Positions 1-7,514 of a stretch of 32,719 nucleotides of DNA are shown here, one piece after another. This DNA comes from Anaerolineae bacterium. Its GTDB lineage: Bacteria > Chloroflexota > Anaerolineae > DRVO01. Under the pieces are notes generated by a model. That model was given only the letters and a program-made list of their open reading frames with translations. It was not told where the DNA came from and did not search any database. The stretch is taken from assembly GCA_012719195.1 (NCBI GenBank), contig JAAYAV010000389.1, positions 1-32,719 of the forward strand, in the 5' to 3' direction. Position numbers and translations under genes: made by a program. Within the stretch, counting starts at the first letter, position 1. Every line of letters starts with the position of its first letter.

Positions 1-282
1 GAGGGCGACGACATGGTTGAGGTGTCGGTGCAGGACGACGGCATCGGTATCGCACCCGCGGACCAGGCGCGCGTCTTCGAGCGCTTCTACCAGGTGGAAG
101 CGTCGCTGAGTCGGAAGCATGACGGGCTGGGCTTGGGGCTGAGCATCGCCAAGGGGATGGTCGAGCTACTCGGTGGCCGCATCTGGCTGGAGAGTGCCGT
201 GGGCGCGGGCACCACCTTCCACATCAGGGTGCCGCTGCGCCCTAGTCGGGTCTCGGGCCAGTCAGCCTGGAAGCCTGCTTAG
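1..282 (+). CDS. Sensor histidine kinase, C-terminal HATPase_c fragment (5' end outside the window)
   Basis: Frame 1 is open from base 1. It has a G1-like box DDGIGI, a G2-like box GLGLGLSI and a GAGTTFHIRVP ending typical of the kinase ATPase domain. Stop TAG at 280-282. Confidence 0.8.
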   Translation, partial: EGDDMVEVSVQDDGIGIAPADQARVFERFYQVEASLSRKHDGLGLGLSIAKGMVELLGGRIWLESAVGAGTTFHIRVPLRPSRVSGQSAWKPA

Positions 283-1495
283 CAAGTAACCTGGCCTTTC
301 GGTGCTCCAGCGCCGCCCGCATGCCGGGGGCCCGGTGGGCGCCCGACTGCAACGCCATTTCCACCACCGCCAGTGCCTCGGTGTAGTCACGTATGCGGTG
401 CTCGAGGTGCTTCGCCAGTTCGGTGTGCGCCACCCCGTCCCGGTCGGTCCCCGACTCCACCAGTGCGTTCCACACTTCCGCCGCGCGGACGTGTTCTCGC
501 TGTCGCTTAAGCAGGAACCCGAGGCGGCGCAACATAGCCGCCCGCTCTTCGCCGCGCGCCGTGAGCAGGGCCCGGCGGTAGGAGGCTTCCGCCTCAGCAT
601 CACGACCGGCCAGCTCCAGTAAGCGCCCGGCGCCGGATAGGTCGCTCGCGGGGGGCGAAGCCAGTCGACCCTCCATGGTGGCCGCCGCCGCGCCGCCCAG
701 ACCGGCAAGGGAGAGTACGTCCAGCAGGTTGTGGTAGAAGACGCGCGCCAATTCTTCCACCGCGCCCGAGCGCAAGTAGTCGAAGTAGATGCCGGGGATC
801 AGGAAGCCGGGCACGTCGGCCTCCTCGCGCTCCACCCCGAGTACCATCCGTTCGATGGTGCCGAGGCGACAGTCGGGCACCCGGGCGCGGTACAGGCCGC
901 GCGCCGCGCGAAGCAGGTCTAGGTGAGGCCAGCGCGTGAGTGCGAGCCGCTCCCGCTGGAGTAGGTAGCGCGTTTGCAGTAGCGGGGCATCGAAGCACTT
1001 GCCGTTGTACGACACCAGGAAGGTCTCACCTAGGCCTTCGCGCACCCCGCCCAAGAAGGCCTTCTCACCGTCCGGGCCGGGCAGAAAGTACTGGGTGACC
1101 TCGAACCCACCGGTGACAAACCTTCCCACGCCGACCAAGAAGACGAGGGTGCCGGTCGCCGTCCCCAGCCCCGTCGTCTCGGTGTCGAAGTAGACCGCCG
1201 AGGATGGATCCATGCTGTCGAGGCGAGCGTCCCGTGCCAGCAGCCCCAGGGTCTCGGGCCGCGCCTCCAGCGCCAGCGACAGCGGCGCGTGCCCGTGCCG
1301 GTGCTCGACGGGATAGACGTGCCTCACCGCCAGGTAGCCGGTCCGCTCCGCCTCGACGACGATCTCGCCGCCCGCCAGATCGGCCAGACGCCCCAACTCA
1401 GGCGGCCGCTTCTGGACAGGCTCCTCCGCCGGTGCTAGTCTGGGCTCGCCCAGACTGCGCAAGGTCCGGCGCAGGCGGTCAACCGCTGGTTCCAT
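242..1495 (-). CDS. YprB-like RNase H-fold (DEDD) exonuclease domain protein with C-terminal TPR-like helical tail
   Basis: 417-aa ORF with ATG at 1493-1495. Motifs FDTETTGL, SYNGKCFDAPLL, HLDLL and YHNLLDVLSL match the YprB/RNase_H_2-type exonuclease pattern. The A/R/L-rich helical C-terminus looks TPR-like. Assignment is by motif recall only. Confidence 0.7.
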   Translation of the reverse strand: MEPAVDRLRRTLRSLGEPRLAPAEEPVQKRPPELGRLADLAGGEIVVEAERTGYLAVRHVYPVEHRHGHAPLSLALEARPETLGLLARDARLDSMDPSSAVYFDTETTGLGTATGTLVFLVGVGRFVTGGFEVTQYFLPGPDGEKAFLGGVREGLGETFLVSYNGKCFDAPLLQTRYLLQRERLALTRWPHLDLLRAARGLYRARVPDCRLGTIERMVLGVEREEADVPGFLIPGIYFDYLRSGAVEELARVFYHNLLDVLSLAGLGGAAAATMEGRLASPPASDLSGAGRLLELAGRDAEAEASYRRALLTARGEERAAMLRRLGFLLKRQREHVRAAEVWNALVESGTDRDGVAHTELAKHLEHRIRDYTEALAVVEMALQSGAHRAPGMRAALEHRKARLLAKQASRLTGPRPD

Positions 1496-1572
1496 GTTGT
1501 CGCCACCGCTTCGCGGGCCTGGGCAATGGTCACTCCTTAGCGTATGCGGTTCTCATAGTAGGTCTGCCACTT

Positions 1573-3609
1573 ATGCAAAGTCAACCCGGGGTTCCGCCCG
1601 TTGCCGGTGATCGTGCCGACCATCGGCCACCGATCGGACCGGTTGTAGTTCCCCTCCTGACGCTGTTGCTGGCCCTCGTCCTAGCGCTGATGCCCCGGCC
1701 CGCCCAAGCGCAGACGCCCACGGTCACTCCGATCGTCTTCGCCACCGCCGTGTCTGCCCTGATTCCCGAAGACGTGGCTCCGAGCGCCGACCATGTCTTC
1801 CACGGTGACGCCGTCCGCATCTCCGCCACCCTCGACGGCACACCGGTACCGGCCGGGGCGGCCTTCCCCCCGTCTGAGGCGCCTCTCGCGCTCACTCTCC
1901 GCTACGACGACCCGCTGCCGGCCGAGATCCTCTCCGCCGAACGCCTGGGCGTGTACCACCACGCCAGTGGAGACTGGGCGCCAGTCGCGGCGACGCGAAC
2001 ACCCGACGAGAGCGGCGGCGTTTTCAGCCTCTCCGTTGCCAAGACCGGTGACTACGCCGTGGGCGCGCGCGCCTTGCGTATCGTGGTGCAGCCGGCATCG
2101 CTGTCCCTGCGGCAGGGGGAGACGGCCCAGTTCAGCGCCAAGGTGCAGGACGAAGAGGGGCACGCCGTTCCCGGCATCGCAGTGGTTTGGCACGCCACCA
2201 GCGCCGCCGGCACCATCTCCAGCGCCGGTGTATTCACCGCGACCGGCGCACCCGGCACCTACGAAGGCGCCGTCGTGGCCAGCCTCGGCTCTCTCGAGGG
2301 CTATGCCGACGTCACCATTCGCCCCTGGACGACTTACCTCCCGCTGGCGCTGCGCGGCTGGGAGATGCAGCTCCGCCCCAATGATCCCCTCTTCGCACTG
2401 CAGTGGAACCTCCTGCGCATACGGGCACCCCAGGCGTGGGCCAGCACCACCGGCGGCCCGGTCGTGGTCGCCGTGATCGATACCGGCGTCGACCTCGACC
2501 ATCCCGATCTGCAGGCCAGCCTCGTGCCCGGCCGTTGGTTCGCCAGCTCCTACCCTGACAAGTGCCCGGCGCCGTCGTTCCTGCCTTACGACGATAATGG
2601 TCATGGTACGCACGTAGCGGGCATTGTCGGAGCGGTGGGAGACAACGCCGTGGGTGTGGCCGGCACAGCATGGACGGCGCGTGTCATGCCCATCAAGGTG
2701 CTGGACTGCTTTGGCAACGGCTACATCAGCGATGCGGTAGCAGCCATCAAGTGGGCGGTGGATCACACGCAGTACCCGGCCCGGGTGATCAACCTGAGTC
2801 TGGGCACGAAGTGGAGGAGCGATCTCCGTGCCTTCGAGTATGCCATCGGCTACGCGCTGGACAGGAACGTGCTGGTGGTGGCCGCTTCAGGGAATGTCCC
2901 ACCGTTCGATCCCGGCGAACCCGCCTGGCCGGCCAACTTCGCCGGGGTCATGGGCGTGGGTTCCACCGGACAGACTGACGCCATCTCCGGCTTCTCCAAC
3001 CAAGGTCCCTGGGTAGACGTGACGGCTCCGGGCGAAGGGATTCTCAGCACCTGCCGCGTGGACCTTCCGGTTGACCCGCCCTACTGCTACATGAACGGCA
3101 CCTCGATGGCCACCCCGCACGTATCCGGCCTGGCGGCGCTGCTGTGGTCGCGCTATCCGCACTTGTCCGCCCTGCAGGTGGCAAACATCATCCGTAGTTC
3201 GGCCGAGGACCTCGGCCCCGTCGGGTACGACCAGGGCTACGGCTGGGGGCGCATCGACGCCGCCGCCGCCTTGGCCCTCGCCCGGTCCCCCAGCCTGCTG
3301 GCGGCCGCGGAGTCCTCCCTAGCCGACCTCCAGGAGCCTGCGGCGCGCCCCGAGGTCACACTGGCTGCAGCCACGCCCGTTGAGTACCGGCCCGGGTACC
3401 TCCTGGTGCGAGCGGAGCCGGACACCATCGCCCAGGCACGCGTTCGCACCCTCGGCGGCCTAACGGCCCTGTCGAGCGAGGAACTGCTGCCGGGGTGGTC
3501 GCTGGTCCGGGTCCCTGAGGGCCAAGAAGTCGAGGTCGCCGCCCAGCTGTCCGAACTTCCCGGCGTCAGCGATGTGTCCTTCGATGTGGTAATCCACGCC
3601 ATGGACTGA
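1573..3609 (+). CDS. Secreted subtilisin-family (S8) serine protease with Big_2 Ig-like domain and a C-terminal I9-propeptide-like domain
   Basis: Catalytic triad contexts VAVIDTGVD, HGTHVAGIVGA and GTSMATPHVSGLAALL. Signal peptide VVVPLLTLLLALVLALMPRPAQA-QT follows the ATG at 1573. A Big_2-like segment (QPASLSLRQGETAQFSAKV...GVFTATGAPGTY) lies upstream of the protease domain. The track ORF start at 1204 is rejected because that stretch is antisense to the neighbouring gene and R/P-rich. Exact start is uncertain. Confidence 0.85.
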   Translation: MQSQPGVPPVAGDRADHRPPIGPVVVPLLTLLLALVLALMPRPAQAQTPTVTPIVFATAVSALIPEDVAPSADHVFHGDAVRISATLDGTPVPAGAAFPPSEAPLALTLRYDDPLPAEILSAERLGVYHHASGDWAPVAATRTPDESGGVFSLSVAKTGDYAVGARALRIVVQPASLSLRQGETAQFSAKVQDEEGHAVPGIAVVWHATSAAGTISSAGVFTATGAPGTYEGAVVASLGSLEGYADVTIRPWTTYLPLALRGWEMQLRPNDPLFALQWNLLRIRAPQAWASTTGGPVVVAVIDTGVDLDHPDLQASLVPGRWFASSYPDKCPAPSFLPYDDNGHGTHVAGIVGAVGDNAVGVAGTAWTARVMPIKVLDCFGNGYISDAVAAIKWAVDHTQYPARVINLSLGTKWRSDLRAFEYAIGYALDRNVLVVAASGNVPPFDPGEPAWPANFAGVMGVGSTGQTDAISGFSNQGPWVDVTAPGEGILSTCRVDLPVDPPYCYMNGTSMATPHVSGLAALLWSRYPHLSALQVANIIRSSAEDLGPVGYDQGYGWGRIDAAAALALARSPSLLAAAESSLADLQEPAARPEVTLAAATPVEYRPGYLLVRAEPDTIAQARVRTLGGLTALSSEELLPGWSLVRVPEGQEVEVAAQLSELPGVSDVSFDVVIHAMD

Positions 3610-3659
3610 GGTTGGGCTAGCGAACGCCCGTTCCCGGACGGTGGCGTCCCAGAAACCCC

Positions 3660-3689
3660 TTGCGGCGATGCCATCGGATTCGCTATAAT
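3660..3689 (+). promoter_or_regulatory. Sigma70-type promoter candidate TTGCGG-N18-TATAAT for the 3722 gene
   Basis: TTGCGG at 3660-3665 and a perfect TATAAT at 3684-3689. A GGGAGAGGGG ribosome-binding site sits just before the ATG at 3722. This is the most AT-rich spot in the region. Confidence 0.5.
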
Positions 3690-3721
3690 GACCTAGCACA
3701 TATGTTCTAGGGAGAGGGGCC

Positions 3722-4441
3722 ATGACGCACGACGAACTGCTGGCCTGGTGTCGGCGCGCCCCCGACCGCGGGGCGACCAAGCACGAGGAGTTCATCGACT
3801 ACATCACTCTGATCGAGCGGCGCCAACGGGTGGACAATCGCTGGGTGACGCGCGCCCTACCGTACATGTCAGTCGACGGGCGCCTGGCGATGGCCAACGT
3901 GGACCACGATCGCCAGGGCAAGCGGCTGACGTTCCACGACCCGGTGGTGCTGGCCGACACCGAGCAGCAAGTGACCCTGATGGTGCTGGTGGAAAGCGAG
4001 GTCTACGGGCGCAGGCACGGCATCGCCACCTCGCGCAAGGCCGAGGGCTCTTCCATCGAGACGCAGCATCCCTGGGAGATTGCCGAGACATCAGCCATGG
4101 GCCGAGCACTGGCCGCCATGGGCTACGGCCTTCTGCCAGGGTCGGACGCGTACTCGAGCCATGACCAGCCGGCGCCCGCGATCGAGAGCGGCCGGCCGGA
4201 GCCGCAAGAGAGTCTATCGGAGAAGCAGAAGGAGTACCTCATCAACACGGCCGCCGAGGCGCTCGCCCTTTCCCAAGCGGACGCGGGTCGCTACGTCAAC
4301 CGGCTGTGCCAGGAGCGCTACGGTCACTCGCTCAGCGACTGCAGCCGCGACGAGGGCCGCTCCCTAGCGCTGGAACTGCGCCGTCCCGCCCCTAAGGCGG
4401 ACGAGGGCGGAAGCCCGACCGCCACCCGTCAGGGGGCCTAG
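3722..4441 (+). CDS. Hypothetical cytoplasmic protein with a weak Rad52/Sak-like single-strand annealing signature and a helical C-terminal domain
   Basis: 239-aa ORF with a good RBS and promoter and non-artefactual amino-acid composition. YMSVDGRLAMANV ... EIAETSAMGRALAAMGYGLL resembles the Rad52/Sak beta-hairpin plus helix motif (xSxALKRAAxxxGIG). The function call is motif-level only. Confidence 0.55.
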   Translation: MTHDELLAWCRRAPDRGATKHEEFIDYITLIERRQRVDNRWVTRALPYMSVDGRLAMANVDHDRQGKRLTFHDPVVLADTEQQVTLMVLVESEVYGRRHGIATSRKAEGSSIETQHPWEIAETSAMGRALAAMGYGLLPGSDAYSSHDQPAPAIESGRPEPQESLSEKQKEYLINTAAEALALSQADAGRYVNRLCQERYGHSLSDCSRDEGRSLALELRRPAPKADEGGSPTATRQGA

Positions 4442-4446
4442 TCCCG

Positions 4447-6456
4447 GTGGGAGCCGGGCCCACCTCGCCGCTATTGGCCGCCTGGGTGCCCAGGGCCCTC
4501 CTTCCCCTGGGGGCGTGCGCCGCTTCCATGGCTCTGCGCCTGCACCGTCTCGGGGCCGAGAGCCTCTGGTACGACGAGACCGTCAGCGCCTATCTGGCCG
4601 ACCTCCCGATCGGCGCGATGATCGCCCATACCTCGCGCGACATCCACCCGCCCGGCTACTACCTCCTGCTCCACCTCTGGGCCGCACTGGCGGGCAAGGG
4701 CGAGTTCGCGCTGGCTTTCCTGTCGCTGGCGGCCGGAGTGCTGCTTGTGGCCCTCATTCACCGCCTGACGCGGCGGCTGGCCGGCCTTCGGACCGCCAAC
4801 CTGGCCGCCGGCATCGGGGCGTTCTCCACCTACTCGATCTGGTACTCCCAGGAGGTGCGCATGTACACCATCGCCGCCCTCCTGATGCTGGCGCTCTTCG
4901 CCGTGACGTTGCTCCTGCGCGAGGGCCCCGCCCGCGTCGGCGGCTGGTGGGCGGTGTGGGCGGCGCTGTCGGCGTTGTCGCTCTACACCATCTACTACAG
5001 CCTCTTCCTGCTGCCGTTGCTGAGCTTGTCCTGGCTGCTGGCGGCGCTACGCGAAAGCGCGGGGCGTCGACAGGCCCTCAACACGTGGCTGGCCGGGCAG
5101 GTAGGGTCGGTTCTGCTGTACCTACCTTGGCTGCCGATCGCCATCCGCCAGGCCCTCGACCCGCCGGTCCCGCCCTGGCGCTCCGCCATGCCCTGGTTCG
5201 AGTCCCTCACCCAGGGTGGCACTGCCCTCGCTTTCGGGGAGAGCGCGCCCGCCGGCTGGTGGCCGGTGGCGCTGGCGCTGATCCTGTGCGCCTGCCTACC
5301 GCTCCTTCGGTCCGGGGCCCGGCATGCGACCCGCTGGGCGGTGGCGGCGTTCCTCGCTCCGTGGGCACTGATGCTGCTGGCATCGCTGCTCCAGCCGCTC
5401 TTTCACCCTCGCTACCTGTTCCCCTTCGCCGCCTTCTTCTCGGTCTCGCTGGCGCTGGGCTTGGCGCGCCTGGCCAGCACGCCGGTGGGGCGCTGGATCG
5501 CCCTAGCGCTGGCGGCGCTCTACCTCAGCGGGAACCTGTGGTCGGCGCAGAGGATGTGGACCCTCCCCGAGTACCGGGCGGATGACCTGCGCGGTGCGGT
5601 CACCAGACTGGCGGACCGTTGGCTCCCCGGGGACGTCGTCCTCTTCCAGGCCGGCTACACCTACACCGCGCTGGAACACTACTGGCCCGGCGAGGTGGCC
5701 TGGCGCGGGCGTGCTCCCGACTATGCCGGCGCGGCTGCCGACACCGGCCCCGTAGTGCTCATGGGCGGCAGCCTAGCGAGCGACGCTAACCTCGGTTGGG
5801 GAGACCCGCGCTCCGACTTCTACCGCACCACTCGTAGCGCCACCACCGACGGCATCACGCGAGCGCTGGTCGCCAACCGGCGCCTATGGCTCTTCCGCCT
5901 CTATGACACGGTCACCGATCCCGGCGGGGAAGTGAGGGATTGGCTCGCCCGCTCGCTCGTGCCCCTCAGCGACGAGCCCATATCGGGTCCCAGCTACGGG
6001 CGCCTCCAGTCATACATCCCAGTTGGCGACGCAGCGGACTGCCCTAGCCCGGTGGACTGGGGTGAACGGGTGCGTACGTGCGTGGAGGTCGGCGAGCCGG
6101 CGGGCCTGTCGCGCCCGGACCGGGTGCCGGTCTATCTCAGCGTAGCGGGCCTAGCGGCGGACCCCCGGGAGTCTGTCCACTACACCCTCCGACTACAAGC
6201 CTCCGATGGCGAAACGGTGGTCCAGTCGGACGGAGCGCTCATCCTGCATGACGGAGATGAGCCCGGCGAGCACTACGTGCTCAACCCCCTGTCGCTGCCC
6301 CTGGGCCCTGGCTCCGAGGGCGTCTACCGCGTGGTGCTCGGCCTCTACGTCTTCCGGGAAGGGGTACCCGTGCCCCTGGCACCGGTAGATGCCGTCGGAT
6401 CCGAGCTGGCCGGCCCCGACGGACTGCTGGTTCTGGGCGAGGTGAGTGTGCCCTAG
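4447..6456 (+). CDS. GT-C fold membrane glycosyltransferase, family 39 (ArnT/PMT_2-like), with soluble C-terminal domain
   Basis: Multi-TM N-terminal half with the first-loop motif SLWYDETVSAY (YDE at 4570-4578) and DIHPPGYYLLLHLW, typical of ArnT/PMT-like enzymes. The GTG start at 4447 is favoured over ATG 4528 because the paralogue at 32249 aligns through TM1 upstream of that ATG. Confidence 0.8.
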   Translation: MGAGPTSPLLAAWVPRALLPLGACAASMALRLHRLGAESLWYDETVSAYLADLPIGAMIAHTSRDIHPPGYYLLLHLWAALAGKGEFALAFLSLAAGVLLVALIHRLTRRLAGLRTANLAAGIGAFSTYSIWYSQEVRMYTIAALLMLALFAVTLLLREGPARVGGWWAVWAALSALSLYTIYYSLFLLPLLSLSWLLAALRESAGRRQALNTWLAGQVGSVLLYLPWLPIAIRQALDPPVPPWRSAMPWFESLTQGGTALAFGESAPAGWWPVALALILCACLPLLRSGARHATRWAVAAFLAPWALMLLASLLQPLFHPRYLFPFAAFFSVSLALGLARLASTPVGRWIALALAALYLSGNLWSAQRMWTLPEYRADDLRGAVTRLADRWLPGDVVLFQAGYTYTALEHYWPGEVAWRGRAPDYAGAAADTGPVVLMGGSLASDANLGWGDPRSDFYRTTRSATTDGITRALVANRRLWLFRLYDTVTDPGGEVRDWLARSLVPLSDEPISGPSYGRLQSYIPVGDAADCPSPVDWGERVRTCVEVGEPAGLSRPDRVPVYLSVAGLAADPRESVHYTLRLQASDGETVVQSDGALILHDGDEPGEHYVLNPLSLPLGPGSEGVYRVVLGLYVFREGVPVPLAPVDAVGSELAGPDGLLVLGEVSVP

Positions 6457-6528
6457 GCGGCAACGGGCGGCGGGAACCCACTTGGGGCCCACACCGCCCG
6501 CTGTTGCGCTACGCGAACCCGCTTGCGT

Positions 6529-7362
6529 CTAGTAGCGGCGAAGCAGTGCCGCGCTCTTGGCGACGCCGTCGTACTGGTCGCCCGGACCCTCGAACTCGAT
6601 GGACAGCGGGCCCCGATAGCCCGAAGCCGCCAGCATCTTCATGCAGCGATCGAGGTCGTAGCGCACCTCGCGGCCCTGCTCGTCAAACTCGAAGGTCTTG
6701 GCATGGGTCATGACCGCGTAGGGGAACATCATCTCCAGCGCTTGGTAGCGGATGGACTCGTCGAAGTTGCCGAAGTCGGGGCAGAGCCGGAACCGCTCGC
6801 TGCCCACGCCTTCCACCAGCTTGATGATGTTGTTGGGGTCGGCGGAGAGGCCGCCATGGTTCTCCAAGAGCAGCGTGATGCCCAGCGTTCCCGCGTGCTC
6901 CGCCAGCTCCGCGTAGGACCCGATGGTCAGGTCGATGTCTTCGTGGCCTTCGGGCTGCCGGCCGCTGTTGACCCGGGCGCAGGGAGAGCCGATGTAGGCC
7001 GACACGTCCATCCACTTCTTGATGTTGTCCAGGTCGTGGCGGCGGACACTAGCATCCGGTTCCGAGATGTTCCCCACATCGATGGGGACGTTGACGACGG
7101 CACTGCCCGCCTCCGCTAGCCGGCCGCGAAGGTCATCGAGGTAGGCCTTATCGCTGCGGGGGAAGTGCATCTGGCAGAGCTCCACCGCCTCGATCCCGTA
7201 GCGCTCCCGAGCGAACTGAGGGAAGTCCAGCAAGGTGATATCCTGCGGGAACTCGTGCCGGTCGACGAAGCGATGCTCCCCGCGTTCATCCAGCTCCGTA
7301 GCGTGAAGGGTCCCCATGTGCTTGTGGAAGCTCCAGGTTGAGACCGCGAGTGTGTATGCCAT
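6529..7362 (-). CDS. Sugar phosphate isomerase/epimerase (xylose isomerase-like TIM barrel family)
   Basis: 277-aa ORF with ATG at 7360-7362 preceded by GAGGAGG-N7. The motif ITLLLENHGG and the overall pattern match the AP_endonuc_2/xylose isomerase-like TIM barrel family. Confidence 0.8.
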   Translation of the reverse strand: MAYTLAVSTWSFHKHMGTLHATELDERGEHRFVDRHEFPQDITLLDFPQFARERYGIEAVELCQMHFPRSDKAYLDDLRGRLAEAGSAVVNVPIDVGNISEPDASVRRHDLDNIKKWMDVSAYIGSPCARVNSGRQPEGHEDIDLTIGSYAELAEHAGTLGITLLLENHGGLSADPNNIIKLVEGVGSERFRLCPDFGNFDESIRYQALEMMFPYAVMTHAKTFEFDEQGREVRYDLDRCMKMLAASGYRGPLSIEFEGPGDQYDGVAKSAALLRRY

Positions 7363-7403
7363 GCACGCGCCTCCTCATACGATTGCTTGCACCGATCGAC
7401 CGG

Positions 7404-7433
7404 ATTCTAGGCGCCTGCAGCTGGAGAGGTCAA
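7404..7433 (-). promoter_or_regulatory. Sigma70-type promoter candidate TTGACC-N18-TAGAAT for the isomerase gene
   Basis: On the minus strand, TTGACC (7433-7428) and TAGAAT (7409-7404), about 40 nt upstream of the ATG. Confidence 0.5.
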
Positions 7434-7478
7434 GCGCCCAGGTACGCGCCGCTGGGCCTGGCCGCGGGCGCCACTCCG

Positions 7479-7487
7479 TGCTAGAAT
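7479..7487 (+). promoter_or_regulatory. Extended -10 promoter candidate TGCTAGAAT for dinG
   Basis: TG-C-TAGAAT at 7479-7487, 28 nt upstream of the ATG at 7515. The -35 is weak (TGGCCG). Confidence 0.4.
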
Positions 7488-7514
7488 CGCTTCCTCAGAA
7501 AGGGGACGCAGCCC

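Noticed and set aside
1204-1572. N-terminal 123-codon extension of the protease ORF (track start 1204)
   Set aside because: It lies antisense to the 5' end of the YprB-like gene. Its translation is R/P/A-rich with no domain features. A proper ATG plus signal peptide begins at 1573, after the divergent gene's start at 1495.
1681-2766. 361-aa antisense ORF inside the protease gene, and similar long antisense or off-frame ORFs. Examples are 4515-5585, 6523-7119, 13137-13808, 14358-15089, 14957-15670, 18246-19205, 19277-20017, 19995-20678, 21942-22568 and 22653-23192.
   Set aside because: All lie opposite or out of frame to genes with clear family signatures. They have Arg/Gly/Pro/Ala-biased composition and lack recognisable motifs or RBS. 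Long open alternative frames are expected in stop-codon-poor GC-rich sequence.
3610-3660. Hairpin ACGCCCGT...ACGGTGGCGT after the protease stop, considered as a terminator
   Set aside because: The stem is bulged and is followed by CCCAGAAACCCC rather than a U-tract. Support is too weak to report as a feature.
6457-6509. Imperfect hairpin (GCAACGGGCGG ... CCGCCCGCTGTTGC) between the convergent GT39 and isomerase genes, considered as a bidirectional terminator
   Set aside because: The stem has a 3-nt bulge, the loop is ~23 nt, and there is no U/A tract on either side. This is not enough to call an intrinsic terminator.
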